A DNA stretch of 38,269 nucleotides from an uncultured Propylenella sp. (GTDB lineage Bacteria > Pseudomonadota > Alphaproteobacteria > Rhizobiales > Afifellaceae), in contig CAZARE010000145.1 of NCBI GenBank assembly GCA_964487455.1, positions 1-38,269 on the forward strand. The letters run 5' to 3'. This document shows, piece by piece, positions 20,286-29,997 of this stretch. The translations under genes were made by a program, and so were the position numbers. Within the stretch, counting starts at the first letter, position 1; each line of letters begins with the position of its first letter. The notes under the pieces are model-generated. The model did not search any database. It worked only from the letters and a program-made list of their open reading frames with translations, and was not told the DNA's origin.

Positions 20286-21509
20286 CTAATCGGCGTGACG
20301 TTGGAAAACCAAGGTTGCGTTGGTGCCGCCGAATCCGAAGGAATTGGAAAGCACACAGTCGAGTTTCACGTTGTCGCGGCGTTCGCGAATGATCGGCATA
20401 TCCTCGAACTTCGGATCAAGCTCCTCGATGTTGGCGCTCGCGGCAATGAAGCTGTTCTGCATCATGAGCAGGCAGTAGATTGTCTCCTGCACGCCGGTGG
20501 CGCCCAGCGAGTGGCCGGTGAGGGACTTGGTCGCGGAGATCGGAGGGGACTTGTCGCCTGGCCCGAAGACCTCGCGAATCGCCTCGATCTCGCGTTCATC
20601 CCCGACCGGCGTAGAGGTGGCGTGCGGATTGATGTAGTCCACCGGCGCCGCCACAGTGGAAAGCGCCATCCTCATACAGCGAACCGCTCCTTCGCCCGAC
20701 GGCTGCACCATGTCGTAGCCATCCGAGGTCGCGCCGTAGCCCGTGATCTCGCCGTAGATCTTGGCGCCGCGCGCTTTGGCGTGCTCCAGCTCCTCGAGCA
20801 CCACGACGCCCGCGCCTCCGGCGATGACGAAGCCGTCGCGCCTGACGTCATAAGCGCGCGAGGATTGTTCCGGCGCGTCGTTGAAGCCGGTGGACATCGC
20901 TCCCATTCCGTCGAACAGGTTGGAGAGCGTCCAGTCGAGCTCTTCCCCCCCGCCAGCGAAGATGATGTCCTGTTTGCCCAGCTGGATGATCTCGAAAGCA
21001 TTGCCGATGCAATGGTTCGATGTGGCGCAGGCCGACGAGATGGAATAGTTCACGCCTTTGATCTGGAAGGGGGTGGCAAGCGTGGCCGAATTGGTGGACG
21101 ACATCGCCTTCGGCACCGCGAATGGGCCGACGCGCCTTGCGCCCTTCTCGCGCGTCACGTCGGCGGCCTCGACGATGGCGCGCGTCGAGGGCCCGCCGGA
21201 ACCCATGATGATGCCTGTGCGCTCGTTGGACACCTCGTCCTTTTCGAGCCCGGCGTCCTGGATCGCCTGCCGCATAGCGATGTAGTTCCAGGCCGCGCCC
21301 CGTCCCATGAAGCGGGTGGTGCGGCGGTCGAGCTCTTCGGCGGGGTCGGGATTTGGCGCAGCGTGCACGTGGCAGCGGAAACCGAGCTCCTTGTACTTCT
21401 CGGAGAAGACGACGCCCGAGCGGCCCTCGCGCAGGCTCGCCAGCACCTCCTGGGTGTTGTTCCCGATAGATGAGACGATGCCCATGCCGGAAACGACGAC
21501 CCGTCTCAT
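20286..21509 (-). CDS. fabB: 3-oxoacyl-ACP synthase I (KAS I)
   Basis: 407 aa. Starts [18 protein letters not shown]. The active-site region reads [17 protein letters not shown], with HATSTPVGD and a C-terminal [14 protein letters not shown]. Linkage to fabA supports KAS I. Confidence 0.9.
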   Translation of the reverse strand: MRRVVVSGMGIVSSIGNNTQEVLASLREGRSGVVFSEKYKELGFRCHVHAAPNPDPAEELDRRTTRFMGRGAAWNYIAMRQAIQDAGLEKDEVSNERTGIIMGSGGPSTRAIVEAADVTREKGARRVGPFAVPKAMSSTNSATLATPFQIKGVNYSISSACATSNHCIGNAFEIIQLGKQDIIFAGGGEELDWTLSNLFDGMGAMSTGFNDAPEQSSRAYDVRRDGFVIAGGAGVVVLEELEHAKARGAKIYGEITGYGATSDGYDMVQPSGEGAVRCMRMALSTVAAPVDYINPHATSTPVGDEREIEAIREVFGPGDKSPPISATKSLTGHSLGATGVQETIYCLLMMQNSFIAASANIEELDPKFEDMPIIRERRDNVKLDCVLSNSFGFGGTNATLVFQRHAD

Positions 21510-21569
21510 GGCATTCTCCTTCTAGTGACGAAGCGGGGCACGCAACACTACGCGCGTCACACCGTGCGC

Positions 21570-22085
21570 TCAGGCCTTGAATAGTCCGACCTTGAGATTT
21601 TCCGCCTGATAGATGGTCTCGCCGTCCGCCTTGAGCCACCCGTCGCCAATGCCGAGCACGAGCTTGGAGCGGACGACGCGTTTCAGGTCGACTCCGTACT
21701 CGACCAGCTTTACGCTCGGCAACACCATGCCGGAGAACTTGACCTGGCCCACCGAAAGGGCGCGGCCGCGTCCTTCGCCGCCCAACCACCCCAGAAAGAA
21801 ACCAAGCAGCTGCCACAGTGCGTCGAGCCCGAGGCAGCCTGGCATCACCGGGTCGTCCCTGAAATGGCAGGAGAAGAACCAGAGGTCGGGGCGCACCGCC
21901 AGCTCCGCCCGCACCATACCCTTACCGCCTTCGCCACCCTCTTCTCGGATCTCCGAGATACGGTCGAACATCAGCATGGGCGGGAGCGGCAGCTGGGCAT
22001 TGCCTTCGCCGAACAATTCGCCCCGCCCGCAGGCGAGGAGTTCGTCAAATTCGTACCGCGACTGGCGCGCTTTCATTGGCTTCAT
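21570..22085 (-). CDS. fabA: 3-hydroxydecanoyl-ACP dehydratase/isomerase FabA
   Basis: 171 aa. Contains [15 protein letters not shown] and [31 protein letters not shown], the FabA active-site His/Asp context. Confidence 0.9.
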   Translation of the reverse strand: MKPMKARQSRYEFDELLACGRGELFGEGNAQLPLPPMLMFDRISEIREEGGEGGKGMVRAELAVRPDLWFFSCHFRDDPVMPGCLGLDALWQLLGFFLGWLGGEGRGRALSVGQVKFSGMVLPSVKLVEYGVDLKRVVRSKLVLGIGDGWLKADGETIYQAENLKVGLFKA

Positions 22086-22156
22086 GGGCCTCCCGCCGGT
22101 TGGGCACGCTACCTAACACAGGCCAGCGGGAGGCGAAACGCCCGCCGAGCCTCCGC

Positions 22157-22185
22157 TTGTCTCGATTGCCGCGATTCCATATAAG
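22157..22185 (+). promoter_or_regulatory. Candidate sigma70-type promoter for irr
   Basis: TTGTCT (22157-22162), a 17 nt spacer, then TATAAG (22180-22185). The spacer holds two direct CGATT(G/C)C repeats at 22163-22169 and 22172-22178. Confidence 0.3.
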
Positions 22186-22249
22186 TCAGCTCGGAATACG
22201 GGATTTCTTGGAAGATGCAGTGAGACAGAGTCGAGGCCGCCAGGACAGG

Positions 22250-22639
22250 ATGGCGGCGCAGCTTCGCCATGCAGGGCTGCGGCCCACCCGCCAGCGCGTC
22301 GAGCTGGGCCGCGTGCTATTTGCCAGGGGTCACCGTCACATCTCGGCCGAGGACCTGCATGGGGAGGCGCAGGCGGCCGGCGTGCGCGTCTCGCTTGCAA
22401 CGGTCTACAATGCGCTGCACCAGTTCACCGGCGTCGGCCTTCTCAGGGAAGTCGCGATCGACGGCACCCGCACCTACTTCGACACGAATGTGAGCGACCA
22501 TCATCATTTCTTCGTGGAGGGCGAAGGCCGGCTGATCGATGTGGAAGGAAGCGTCGGGTTCGATGCCCTTCCGCAGCCGCCAGACGGCATGGAGATCACC
22601 GCCGTGGAGGTGGTAGTGCGTGTCCGCCGGCGGAAGTAG
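22250..22639 (+). CDS. irr: Fur-family iron response regulator Irr
   Basis: The ATG at 22250 gives MAAQLRHAGLRPTRQRVELGRVLF, then SLATVYNALHQFTGVGLLREV, then TYFDTNVSDHHHFFVEG with the HHH motif. There is no C-terminal CxxC. It is divergent from fabA, as irr is in many Rhizobiales. A GTG at 22220 is an alternative start. Confidence 0.7.
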   Translation: MAAQLRHAGLRPTRQRVELGRVLFARGHRHISAEDLHGEAQAAGVRVSLATVYNALHQFTGVGLLREVAIDGTRTYFDTNVSDHHHFFVEGEGRLIDVEGSVGFDALPQPPDGMEITAVEVVVRVRRRK

Positions 22640-22641
22640 CT

Positions 22642-23181
22642 CTACCGCTCAAACACCTCGTCCGGATAGACGCCCCATAGGCGGTCCTGGGCAATCCAGC
22701 CCTGGTGCCCCTGCACTTGGATGCGGCACCAGGTCCCGGTGCACTCCTCGACGTCGGCGATGACGCGCGGCTCCAGATAGGCCACGACCGTGGCCTCTCC
22801 GTTGGCGCTTCTCCGGGCGGGGAAAGGGCCGCCCCTTTCCCAGGGCGCCACCAAGGCCGTGCGTTTTCCCGAGAGCAGACTGTGAAACACCCAGCCTTCG
22901 GCGCCGTCCGAATCTCGGATCTTCCGCCAGTTGTCGAATTCCTGGGTGATCTCGACCGGCAGTCCAGCGCGCACGAACGTGAAGGCGATCTCGTATTCCT
23001 GGCCTGGACCGCGCCGCACATTCACGTTGTCCGACTTGAGGCTGACGAAACGCGGCAGGGGGAGTCCGGTCCCGCGCCGCTCGTCCTGCGCCGCCAAGGG
23101 AGAGGCGAGCACGGCAAGAGCCACCGCGCCGGCGAGACAGAGGAGGAGGGGTCGGAGACGTCGAATCATGGCGGCGACCAT
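22642..23181 (-). CDS. Secreted SH3-like (DUF1058-type) domain protein
   Basis: 179 aa with a signal peptide (LLLCLAGAVALAVLASPLAAQ). Contains PLPRFVSLKSDNVNVRRGPGQEYEIAFTFVRAGLPVEI and WRKIRDSDGAEGWVFHSLLS. Two SH3-like repeats are present. Confidence 0.7.
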   Translation of the reverse strand: MVAAMIRRLRPLLLCLAGAVALAVLASPLAAQDERRGTGLPLPRFVSLKSDNVNVRRGPGQEYEIAFTFVRAGLPVEITQEFDNWRKIRDSDGAEGWVFHSLLSGKRTALVAPWERGGPFPARRSANGEATVVAYLEPRVIADVEECTGTWCRIQVQGHQGWIAQDRLWGVYPDEVFER

Positions 23182-23299
23182 AGTGCGGAAAGGCCGCTCC
23201 TCCTACCGGACGGCATTTGTTGCGTTTGACGGACCTTCCGTTAAAGAGCGTTTATAGCGCGAAAGCGGCGGCATCGTGGGTAGCGGGCGAGCGGGAGCA

Positions 23300-24298
23300 A
23301 TGACGAAAGCCAAACCTTTGGTGATCGTGACGCGCCGGCTTCCCGAGCCCGTGGAGACGCGCATGCGCGAGCTGTTTCAGACGCAGCTCAACATCGACGA
23401 CAAGCCGATGTCGCAGGCCGAGCTCGTCAAGGCGATGCAGACCGCAGACGTGCTTGTCCCCACGGTCACCGACCGCATCGACGCGGAGATGCTCGCCCTG
23501 GCCGGCGAGCGGCTGAAGCTCATCGCCAATTTCGGCAACGGGGTCGACAATATCGACGTGGACGTAGCGGTGAAGCGTGGCATCACCGTTACGAACACTC
23601 CCAACGTCCTCACCGAAGACACCGCCGATATGACCATGGCGCTGATCCTCTCCGTGCCGCGGCGGCTGGCTGAAGGCGCGCGCATCCTGCGCGAGGGACA
23701 CAAATGGTCAGGCTGGTCGCCTACCTGGATGCTGGGCCACCGCATCTGGGGCAAGCGTCTTGGCATCGTCGGCATGGGCCGCATCGGCACGGCGGTTGCG
23801 CGGCGGGCGCGGGCGTTCGGGCTTTCCATCCACTACCACAACCGCCGCCCGGTTGAGCCCAAGGTCGAGGAGGAGCTGGAGGCGACCTATTGGGACAGCC
23901 TCGATCAGATGCTGGCGCGCGTCGACATCGTTTCCGTCAACTGTCCCGCAACTCCCGCCACCTATCACCTGTTGTCGCGCCGGCGGCTCAACTTGATGCG
24001 TCCGGAAGCGGTCATCGTGAATACGGCGCGTGGCTCGATCATCGATGAGGAGGCGCTGATCGAGATGCTTGAGACGAACGCCGTCTCCGGCGCCGGTCTC
24101 GACGTGTTCGAGCACGCGCCGGCCGTGAATCCCAAGCTGATCGCCCTGGCCAAGAGCGGCAAGGTGGTGCTTTTGCCGCATATGGGCTCCGCCACGCTGG
24201 AGGGGCGCGTGGACATGGGGGAGACAGTGATCATCAACATTCGGAGCTGGATGGACGGGCACAAGCCGCCCGACCGCGTGCTGCCAAGCTTCGTCTGA
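23300..24298 (+). CDS. D-isomer-specific 2-hydroxyacid dehydrogenase (glyoxylate/hydroxypyruvate reductase-like)
   Basis: The ATG at 23300 gives MTKAKPLVIVTRRLPEP. The NAD motif reads LGIVGMGRIGTAVARRARAFG. The catalytic region shows VNTARGSIIDEEAL and LLPHMGSAT. Confidence 0.85.
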   Translation: MTKAKPLVIVTRRLPEPVETRMRELFQTQLNIDDKPMSQAELVKAMQTADVLVPTVTDRIDAEMLALAGERLKLIANFGNGVDNIDVDVAVKRGITVTNTPNVLTEDTADMTMALILSVPRRLAEGARILREGHKWSGWSPTWMLGHRIWGKRLGIVGMGRIGTAVARRARAFGLSIHYHNRRPVEPKVEEELEATYWDSLDQMLARVDIVSVNCPATPATYHLLSRRRLNLMRPEAVIVNTARGSIIDEEALIEMLETNAVSGAGLDVFEHAPAVNPKLIALAKSGKVVLLPHMGSATLEGRVDMGETVIINIRSWMDGHKPPDRVLPSFV

Positions 24299-24338
24299 GA
24301 AGGCGCGAAGCCCCGCGCCGGTTGCCTGGGAGGCGGAT

Positions 24339-25310
24339 TTGAACCGCAAGATCGCACTGGAAGAGCATTTCGCTATCGAGGAGACGTTGAGCGATTCCCT
24401 TGGATTCGTTCCGAGAAGCCATCAACAGGAGCTGAAGGCGCGGCTTCTCGACATCCACGACCGGCGGCTCAGGCTGATGGACGATTACGGGATCGAGATG
24501 ATGATCCTGTCGCTGAATGCCCCAGCGGTGCAGGCGATCTCGGACAGCAAGCGCGCCGAAGAGGTGGCGCATCGCGCCAACGACGTCCTCGCCGAGGCGG
24601 TGGCGAAGCGACCCGACCGGTTCCGCGCCTTCGCCGCGCTTGCCATGCAGGATGCCGAGGGGGCGGCGCGCGAGCTCGAACGCTGCGTCAAGGAGCTTGG
24701 CTTCGTCGGTGCACTGGTGAACGGGTTCTCCGAGGTTGGCGAGGCGGCGGTCTATTACGACATTCCCGAGTATCGCCCGTTCTGGGCCGTGGTGGAGGGC
24801 CTCGACGTGCCCTTCTATCTGCATCCGCGCAATCCGCTGCCGAAGATGGCGGCGATCTACGATGGTCATCCGTGGCTATACGGCCCGACCTGGGCATTCG
24901 CGCAGGAGACGGCGGGGCATGCGCTTCGGCTGATGTGCTCGGGCCTGTTCGACGAGCATCCGCGCCTCGCAATCATCCTCGGCCATCTCGGCGAGGGGAT
25001 CCCCTACAATCTGTGGCGCATCGACAATCGCAACGCCTGGCTCGATCTGCCGCCGACCTATCCCGCGAAGCGGCTGATTGCCGACTACTTTCGCCAGAAC
25101 TTCTACGTGACCACATCCGGAAACTTCAGCACGTCGACGCTTGTCGAGGCGATAGCCGAGATGGGTGCCGATCAGGTCCTATTTTCGTGCGATTGGCCGT
25201 TCGAGAACGTGGACCATGCGGCCAAGTGGTTTGACGCCGCCGCGATCAGCGAAGCGGATCGCCAGAAGATCGGCCGGCAGAACGCCGCCCGCCTCTTCAA
25301 GCTCGATTAG
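24339..25310 (+). CDS. Amidohydrolase-2 family non-oxidative decarboxylase (gamma-resorcylate / dihydroxybenzoate decarboxylase-like)
   Basis: 323 aa with a TTG start preceded by GGGAGG. Contains KIALEEHFAIEETL, MILSLNAPAVQAI, FVGALVNGF, VPFYLHPRNP, GPTWAFAQETAGHALRLM, ILGHLGEGIPY and FSCDWPFEN. From memory this closely matches rhizobial gamma-resorcylate decarboxylase. Confidence 0.8.
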   Translation: MNRKIALEEHFAIEETLSDSLGFVPRSHQQELKARLLDIHDRRLRLMDDYGIEMMILSLNAPAVQAISDSKRAEEVAHRANDVLAEAVAKRPDRFRAFAALAMQDAEGAARELERCVKELGFVGALVNGFSEVGEAAVYYDIPEYRPFWAVVEGLDVPFYLHPRNPLPKMAAIYDGHPWLYGPTWAFAQETAGHALRLMCSGLFDEHPRLAIILGHLGEGIPYNLWRIDNRNAWLDLPPTYPAKRLIADYFRQNFYVTTSGNFSTSTLVEAIAEMGADQVLFSCDWPFENVDHAAKWFDAAAISEADRQKIGRQNAARLFKLD

Positions 25311-25442
25311 GCTGCGCCGGGACGGAGGCGCGCCGCTGTTGGCCCCGGCGTCAGTCCAGGCCCGTCTCGGGATGCCGATCCCCTGATAGACGGGCGGAGA
25401 TCCGGCGTGTCCGCGCCGATGACTACGCGCCGACTGGGCCGT

Positions 25443-25991
25443 CTAGCACCACGGCATGCGCCGCCCCGTCCACTCCCGCGCCAGCCCTTCCGAAACCAGG
25501 ATATCGCCGAGCGAGCGGCCGTCGCGCACGACGGTTCTGAGCTTGCGCCTGTATCTATCCTCGTCGCGGACTCCGGCTTGCCACAGCGCGAACGGTCCCG
25601 CATTGAGCAATTCCTGGAGGCGTCGCGTCGCTTGCTGCCCCAGCCGCGCCTCGCTCTCGCACCGGGGCGGATACGTTTCCGGGGCATCGATATCCGCGAT
25701 GCGAATCTTCTCGCCGCGGAAAGTGAAGGTGTCGCCGTCGATGACGCAATAGTCGTGGCGGAGCCCGTCGCAAATGGCGAAATACCGCGTCACCCCATCG
25801 CCGGTGGACGCGCCACCGTCGCCAATTTCGGGCAGCGTGAACAATGGCCGTCCCGTGATCCACGAAAGCTGTGTCAGCGCGAGCGCGCTCGCGAGCGCGA
25901 CAATCCCGAGCGTATTGGCAAGCGAGGGACGAAACCGCCGGGCTCGAGTTTCCCGGATCGCCCGGTTTCTGAACTGGATGATCGTCGTCAC
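25443..25991 (-). CDS. Membrane-anchored thermonuclease (SNase-like) family protein
   Basis: 182 aa with a GTG start and an N-terminal TM segment (LGIVALASALALTQL). The SNase motifs read VIDGDTFTFRGEKIRIADIDAPE and DRYRRKLRTV. Confidence 0.75.
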   Translation of the reverse strand: MTTIIQFRNRAIRETRARRFRPSLANTLGIVALASALALTQLSWITGRPLFTLPEIGDGGASTGDGVTRYFAICDGLRHDYCVIDGDTFTFRGEKIRIADIDAPETYPPRCESEARLGQQATRRLQELLNAGPFALWQAGVRDEDRYRRKLRTVVRDGRSLGDILVSEGLAREWTGRRMPWC

Positions 25992-26110
25992 GACCCTTGG
26001 TCCTCATCGGTGGCCGAGCCACGATGAGGTCCAGCGGGTTATGAAATCGTCGCTACGACGGGCGCATTTGTTCGTGCTCGCGCGACGCGCGGTTAAGCAC
26101 GAGCGGGTGT

Positions 26111-26860
26111 CTATGCCTTCTTCCGCTTGTAGCGGATCTCGTCGAAGCGCTGCGCCAGCCCGTCATAGAGGAGCAGCCTGCCGACCAGCGGCTCTCCGAT
26201 ACCAGCGACGAGCTTCAGCACCTCCAGTGCCTGGATCGAGCCGACGACGCCTGTAAGCGCGCCCAGGATTCCCGCCTCCGCGCAGGTGGGCAAGATGCCC
26301 TCCGGGGGCGGTGCGGGGAAGACGTCGCGGTAGGAGGGGTTGTCACCCTCGTAGGGCTTGAGGACTGTCACCGAGCCATCGAAACGCCCGACTGCCGCCG
26401 TCACCAGCGGAACCTGCAGCGCGGCGCAGGCGTCGGCGACGAGATAGCGCGTGGCGAAGTTGTCGGAGCCGTCGGCGACGACGTCGGAGCCGGCGATGAG
26501 CTCGCGGACGTTCTCCGCCGTCAGTCGCACTTGATGCGGCGCGACCTCGACATGTGGATTGATCGCGCGAAGCGTCTCCCGCGCACTCTCCACCTTGGGC
26601 GCGCCGACACGGTCGGTCGCGTGGATGATCTGCCGCTGCAGGTTGGAGAGGCTAACCGTATCGTCGTCGACAATGGCGATGGTGCCGATGCCGGCCGCCG
26701 CGAGGTATAGAGCAAGCGGGGCGCCGAGCCCGCCGGCTCCGACCACGAGGACGCGAGCCGCCTTGAAGCGTTGCTGCCCAGCACCGCCGATCTCTGCGAG
26801 CACAATGTGGCGTGCATAGCGGCTGAGCTCATCCGGCGTAAGCGGCGCCTTGTCCTGCAT
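26111..26860 (-). CDS. moeB: HesA/MoeB/ThiF-family adenylyltransferase (probable molybdopterin-synthase adenylyltransferase)
   Basis: 249 aa. Contains LSRYARHIVLAEIGGAGQQRFKAARVLVVGAGGLGAP, LSNLQRQI and PTCAEAGILGALTGVVGSIQALE. It has no rhodanese domain. I cannot resolve MoeB from ThiF from sequence alone. Confidence 0.75.
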   Translation of the reverse strand: MQDKAPLTPDELSRYARHIVLAEIGGAGQQRFKAARVLVVGAGGLGAPLALYLAAAGIGTIAIVDDDTVSLSNLQRQIIHATDRVGAPKVESARETLRAINPHVEVAPHQVRLTAENVRELIAGSDVVADGSDNFATRYLVADACAALQVPLVTAAVGRFDGSVTVLKPYEGDNPSYRDVFPAPPPEGILPTCAEAGILGALTGVVGSIQALEVLKLVAGIGEPLVGRLLLYDGLAQRFDEIRYKRKKA

Positions 26861-26869
26861 GGCGCAATC

Positions 26870-27178
26870 CTAGTCTCCCGGCTGCGCGCCGTCATATCCC
26901 TCGACGATGATGAGGTCGCTGACCGCCGCCTTCTTTCGGATCGCGTTGGCCTTCTGGTATGCGGGATCATGGAAGCAGGCGAGCGCTGCTTCGTAGGAAG
27001 AGAACTCCAGCACCACGTTGCGGTCCCGCGGCGTCCCATCCCCCACTTCATATCTGCCGCCGCGCACCAGAAACCTTGCGCCATGCCGCGCGAAAGGGTC
27101 CGCGTTCGCCTTGACATACTCCTTGTAGCCTTCCGGGTCGTTCACTTCGACCCGCGCAATCCAATAGCCCTTGGCCAT
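26870..27178 (-). CDS. DUF1330 domain protein
   Basis: The internal ATG at 27178 gives MAKGYWIARVEVNDPEGYKEYVKANADPFARHGARFLVRGG and VVLEFSSYEAALACFHDPAYQ, a typical DUF1330 pattern. Confidence 0.75.
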   Translation of the reverse strand: MAKGYWIARVEVNDPEGYKEYVKANADPFARHGARFLVRGGRYEVGDGTPRDRNVVLEFSSYEAALACFHDPAYQKANAIRKKAAVSDLIIVEGYDGAQPGD

Positions 27179-27188
27179 TTTCGCCTCC

Positions 27189-27902
27189 CTAGAGCACCTG
27201 TTCGATCTCCGCGACCACGGCGCGAGCCGCCGCAACGGGATCGTGTGTCGCGGTGATCGGCCGCCCCACCACCAGATAGTCAGCGCCGGCGGAGATCGTC
27301 TCGGCCGGCGTCATCACCCGCTTCTGGTCACCGGCGGCGGCGCCGGCCGGGCGGATCCCTGGCGCCACGATCGCCATGTCTGGCCCGATGATCGCCCGCA
27401 CTGCCGCGACTTCGTGCGGTGAGCAGACGATGCCGTCTACCGCGGCGTCGCGGGCATCCGAGGCGCGCCCCTTCACAAGCTCCGCAACGCTCTCCCGATA
27501 GCCCGCGTCGCGCGCGTCCGCGTCATCCATGGAGGTCAGCACCGTGACCGCGAGAATGCCGGGACCGTTCTTGGGATTCGCCGCCGCCGCCGCACGCAGC
27601 GTCTTCGGATAGGCATGAATCGTGGTGAAGCTCACGCCGAGCCGGACAATGCTTTCGACGGCGCCGGCCACCGTGTTGTCGATATCGAGGAGTTTCATGT
27701 CGAGGAACACGCGCTTGCCGCGCTCGCGCAGAGTGGCGATCAACGGCAATCCACCGGCGAATGCGAGCTGCATTCCGATCTTGTAGAAGCTCGCCGTTTC
27801 GCCGAGCGCCGCCACGACCTTGTTCGCCTCGTCCGCACCGGGGAGATCGAGCGCAACGATCATCCGGTCGCGGGGGTCGCGCGGCTGCAATTCGCGACGC
27901 AT
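27189..27902 (-). CDS. pyrF: Orotidine-5'-phosphate decarboxylase
   Basis: The ATG at 27902, 5 nt after the coaA stop, gives [21 protein letters not shown]. Later motifs are [22 protein letters not shown] and [10 protein letters not shown]. The MIVALD methionine (27863) is an alternative start. Confidence 0.85.
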   Translation of the reverse strand: MRRELQPRDPRDRMIVALDLPGADEANKVVAALGETASFYKIGMQLAFAGGLPLIATLRERGKRVFLDMKLLDIDNTVAGAVESIVRLGVSFTTIHAYPKTLRAAAAANPKNGPGILAVTVLTSMDDADARDAGYRESVAELVKGRASDARDAAVDGIVCSPHEVAAVRAIIGPDMAIVAPGIRPAGAAAGDQKRVMTPAETISAGADYLVVGRPITATHDPVAAARAVVAEIEQVL

Positions 27903-27907
27903 CTGGC

Positions 27908-28861
27908 TCAAAGCTTCCGTAGCGCGACGTGCTTGACCGCGTGGTCGGCGTCTTTCGACAGGATCAGGTGGGCGCGCGGCCGCGTGGGCAAGATGTTCTC
28001 GCGAAGATTGACGAGGTTGATGCGCTCCCACAGCTGCTCCGCCACCGCCTTTGCATCCTCGTCGGAAAGGCCTGCATAGTGGTGGAAATAGGAGCGCGGG
28101 TCGCGGAAGCGCGTCTCCTTGAGGTCCATGAAGCGCTCAACGTACCAGCGCTTCAGCGCTTCCTCGTCAGCGTCGAGGTAGATGGAGAAGTCGAAGAAGT
28201 CGGAGACGAAGGGCACTGCTCTTCCATCCTTCGGCAGGTCGCGCCCCTGCAATACGTTGAGGCCCTCGAGGATGAGGATATCTGGCCGGTCGACGGTGAT
28301 CGTCTCGCCCGGCACGATGTCGTAGGTGAGATGCGAGTAGACGGGGGCGGTGACGCGTGGCAAGCCCGCCTTGATGTCGTTGAGGAAGGCGAGCAGCGCC
28401 CCCACGTCGTAGCTTTCCGGAAATCCTTTCCGCTCCATCCGACCCTCCGCCGCGAGCACGTCGTTCGGATAGAGGAAGCCGTCCGTGGTGACGAGCTCCA
28501 CCTTTGGCGCCGAAGGCCACCGTTTCAAGAGCTCGCGCAGCACGCGCGAGGTCGTTGATTTGCCCACTGCTACCGAGCCGCCGATGCCGATAATGAAGGG
28601 CACCTTCGCGTCGTTGAAACCCAGGAACTTCTGCGTGGCATGAAAGAGCCCCTGCGTTGCGGTGACATAGAAGGACAGAAGCCGCGACACCGGCAGATAG
28701 ACGCGCTCCACTTCCTTGATCGAGACGGGGTCGCCAAGCGAGCGCAGCGCCTCGACCTCCTCCGCCGACAGCGTCATCGGCGTGTCGGCGCGCAGCTTCG
28801 CCCATTCCTCGATGGAGAAGACGCGGTAGGGCGACAGGCTGGCGCGCAATATCTGATCCAT
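27908..28861 (-). CDS. coaA: Type I pantothenate kinase
   Basis: The ATG at 28861 gives [20 protein letters not shown]. The P-loop reads [19 protein letters not shown], followed by [11 protein letters not shown] and [11 protein letters not shown]. The start overlaps the hisE stop by 1 nt (TGATG). Confidence 0.9.
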   Translation of the reverse strand: MDQILRASLSPYRVFSIEEWAKLRADTPMTLSAEEVEALRSLGDPVSIKEVERVYLPVSRLLSFYVTATQGLFHATQKFLGFNDAKVPFIIGIGGSVAVGKSTTSRVLRELLKRWPSAPKVELVTTDGFLYPNDVLAAEGRMERKGFPESYDVGALLAFLNDIKAGLPRVTAPVYSHLTYDIVPGETITVDRPDILILEGLNVLQGRDLPKDGRAVPFVSDFFDFSIYLDADEEALKRWYVERFMDLKETRFRDPRSYFHHYAGLSDEDAKAVAEQLWERINLVNLRENILPTRPRAHLILSKDADHAVKHVALRKL

Positions 28862-29184
28862 CAGGCGCGGCCCCTCTTCGCTTTTTCCTCGAGCCCCGTG
28901 TCGGCGGTGCGACGCTGAAGCTCTTCCGTCACGGCTTCGTAGCGAACGCCGGCCACGTGGAGGAGCACCATGAGGTGGTAGAGCAGGTCTGCTGCCTCGG
29001 CCGTCAACGCGCCGGGGTCCTCGCGGACCGCGGCGATCGCCGTCTCCACCGCCTCCTCGCCGAGCTTCTTGGCGCACGCCGCGACGCCCTCGCCGGCAAG
29101 CTTCGCCGTATACGATGCGGGATCGCCGGAACCGGCGCGCCGGGCAATGATGTCGGCCAGGTCTTCAAGGGTGAATTGCGGCAT
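28861..29184 (-). CDS. hisE: Phosphoribosyl-ATP pyrophosphatase
   Basis: 107 aa. Contains [29 protein letters not shown] and [13 protein letters not shown]. Confidence 0.9.
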   Translation of the reverse strand: MPQFTLEDLADIIARRAGSGDPASYTAKLAGEGVAACAKKLGEEAVETAIAAVREDPGALTAEAADLLYHLMVLLHVAGVRYEAVTEELQRRTADTGLEEKAKRGRA

Positions 29185-29217
29185 TTGGACGAGGCGGTCT
29201 CCTGGGGCGCGTCCCTC

Positions 29218-29997
29218 TTAAGGCGAAACGCGGCGGACGGGTATACCCGCTCTCTCCATATGGGCCTTCGCCTCGGCGATCGTATGGGTGCCGAAATGGA
29301 AGATCGAGGCGGCGAGCACGGCGCTGGCATGCCCGTCGCGGATACCTTCGACGAGGTGATCGAGCGTTCCCACGCCGCCGGAGGCGATCACCGGCGCCCC
29401 GACCGCGTCGGAAACGGCCCGCGTGAGCGGAATGTCGAAGCCCTTCCTGGTGCCGTCGCGGTCCATAGATGTGAGCAAGATCTCGCCGGCGCCGAGCGCG
29501 ACCACCTCGCGAGCGTAGTCGACGGCATCGAGGCCCGTGGGCCGCCTCCCCCCGTGCGTGAATATCTCCCAGCGCCTTCCATCGCCCTTGCCTGCCACCT
29601 GCTTGGCGTCGATCGCCACAACGATGCACTGGTTGCCGAACTTCTCCGCCGCCCGTCCCACGAAGGCACGGTCGGCGACGGCCGCCGTGTTGATCGACAC
29701 CTTGTCGGCGCCGGCAAGCAACAGCTTGCGAATGTCGTCGAGCGTGCGCACGCCGCCGCCGACGGTGAGCGGCATGAAGCAATGCTCGGCGGTTTGGGTG
29801 ACCATGTCGAAAATCAGGTCGCGATCTTCGTGGCTGGCGGTGATGTCGAGGAAGCACAGCTCGTCGGCTCCGGCCTCGTCATACGCCTTGGCCGCCGCCA
29901 CGGGGTCGCCGGCGTCGACCAGATCGACGAAGTTGACGCCCTTCACGACGCGGCCGCCTTTCACGTCGAGGCAGGGAATGACGCGTGCCTTCAGCAA
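29218..29997 (-). CDS. hisF: Imidazole glycerol phosphate synthase cyclase subunit HisF
   Basis: 259 aa with a TTG start. Starts (M)[25 protein letters not shown]. Also contains [33 protein letters not shown] and ASGGVG. Confidence 0.95.
   Translation of the reverse strand: MLKARVIPCLDVKGGRVVKGVNFVDLVDAGDPVAAAKAYDEAGADELCFLDITASHEDRDLIFDMVTQTAEHCFMPLTVGGGVRTLDDIRKLLLAGADKVSINTAAVADRAFVGRAAEKFGNQCIVVAIDAKQVAGKGDGRRWEIFTHGGRRPTGLDAVDYAREVVALGAGEILLTSMDRDGTRKGFDIPLTRAVSDAVGAPVIASGGVGTLDHLVEGIRDGHASAVLAASIFHFGTHTIAEAKAHMERAGIPVRRVSP

Noticed and set aside
19445-20356. 5'-extended versions of several ORF-track entries: fabI to 20356, irr from 22076, pyrF to 28031, coaA to 29077, hisH to 34435, hslV from 35198, the lipoprotein from 4981, DUF1330 to 27235 and ihfB from 3494.
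   Set aside because: The extensions overlap neighbouring genes and lack family-typical sequence. Internal starts give canonical N-termini with an SD or with stop-start coupling.
22086-22249. I looked for a canonical Irr ICE box (TTTAGAA-N3-TTCTAAA) or a classical Fur box in the fabA-irr spacer.
   Set aside because: Only weak partial matches exist, such as tctt-gg-aaga near 22206-22215. Nothing is close enough to call.
23248-23262. TTAA-N7-TTAT, a near CtrA-box (TTAA-N7-TTAA), in the spacer between the SH3-like gene and the dehydrogenase.
   Set aside because: It is a single half-degenerate site with no supporting context, so it is not distinguishable from chance.
25443-26860. The MoeB/ThiF-like E1 gene next to a nuclease, considered as a possible ubiquitin-like or CBASS-type defence module.
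   Set aside because: No E2, JAB, CD-NTase, effector or small Ubl gene is adjacent. The 249-aa protein looks like an ordinary MoeB/ThiF. It sits in a co-directional housekeeping run (coaA-pyrF-DUF1330-moeB). The nuclease is a common SNase-family protein.
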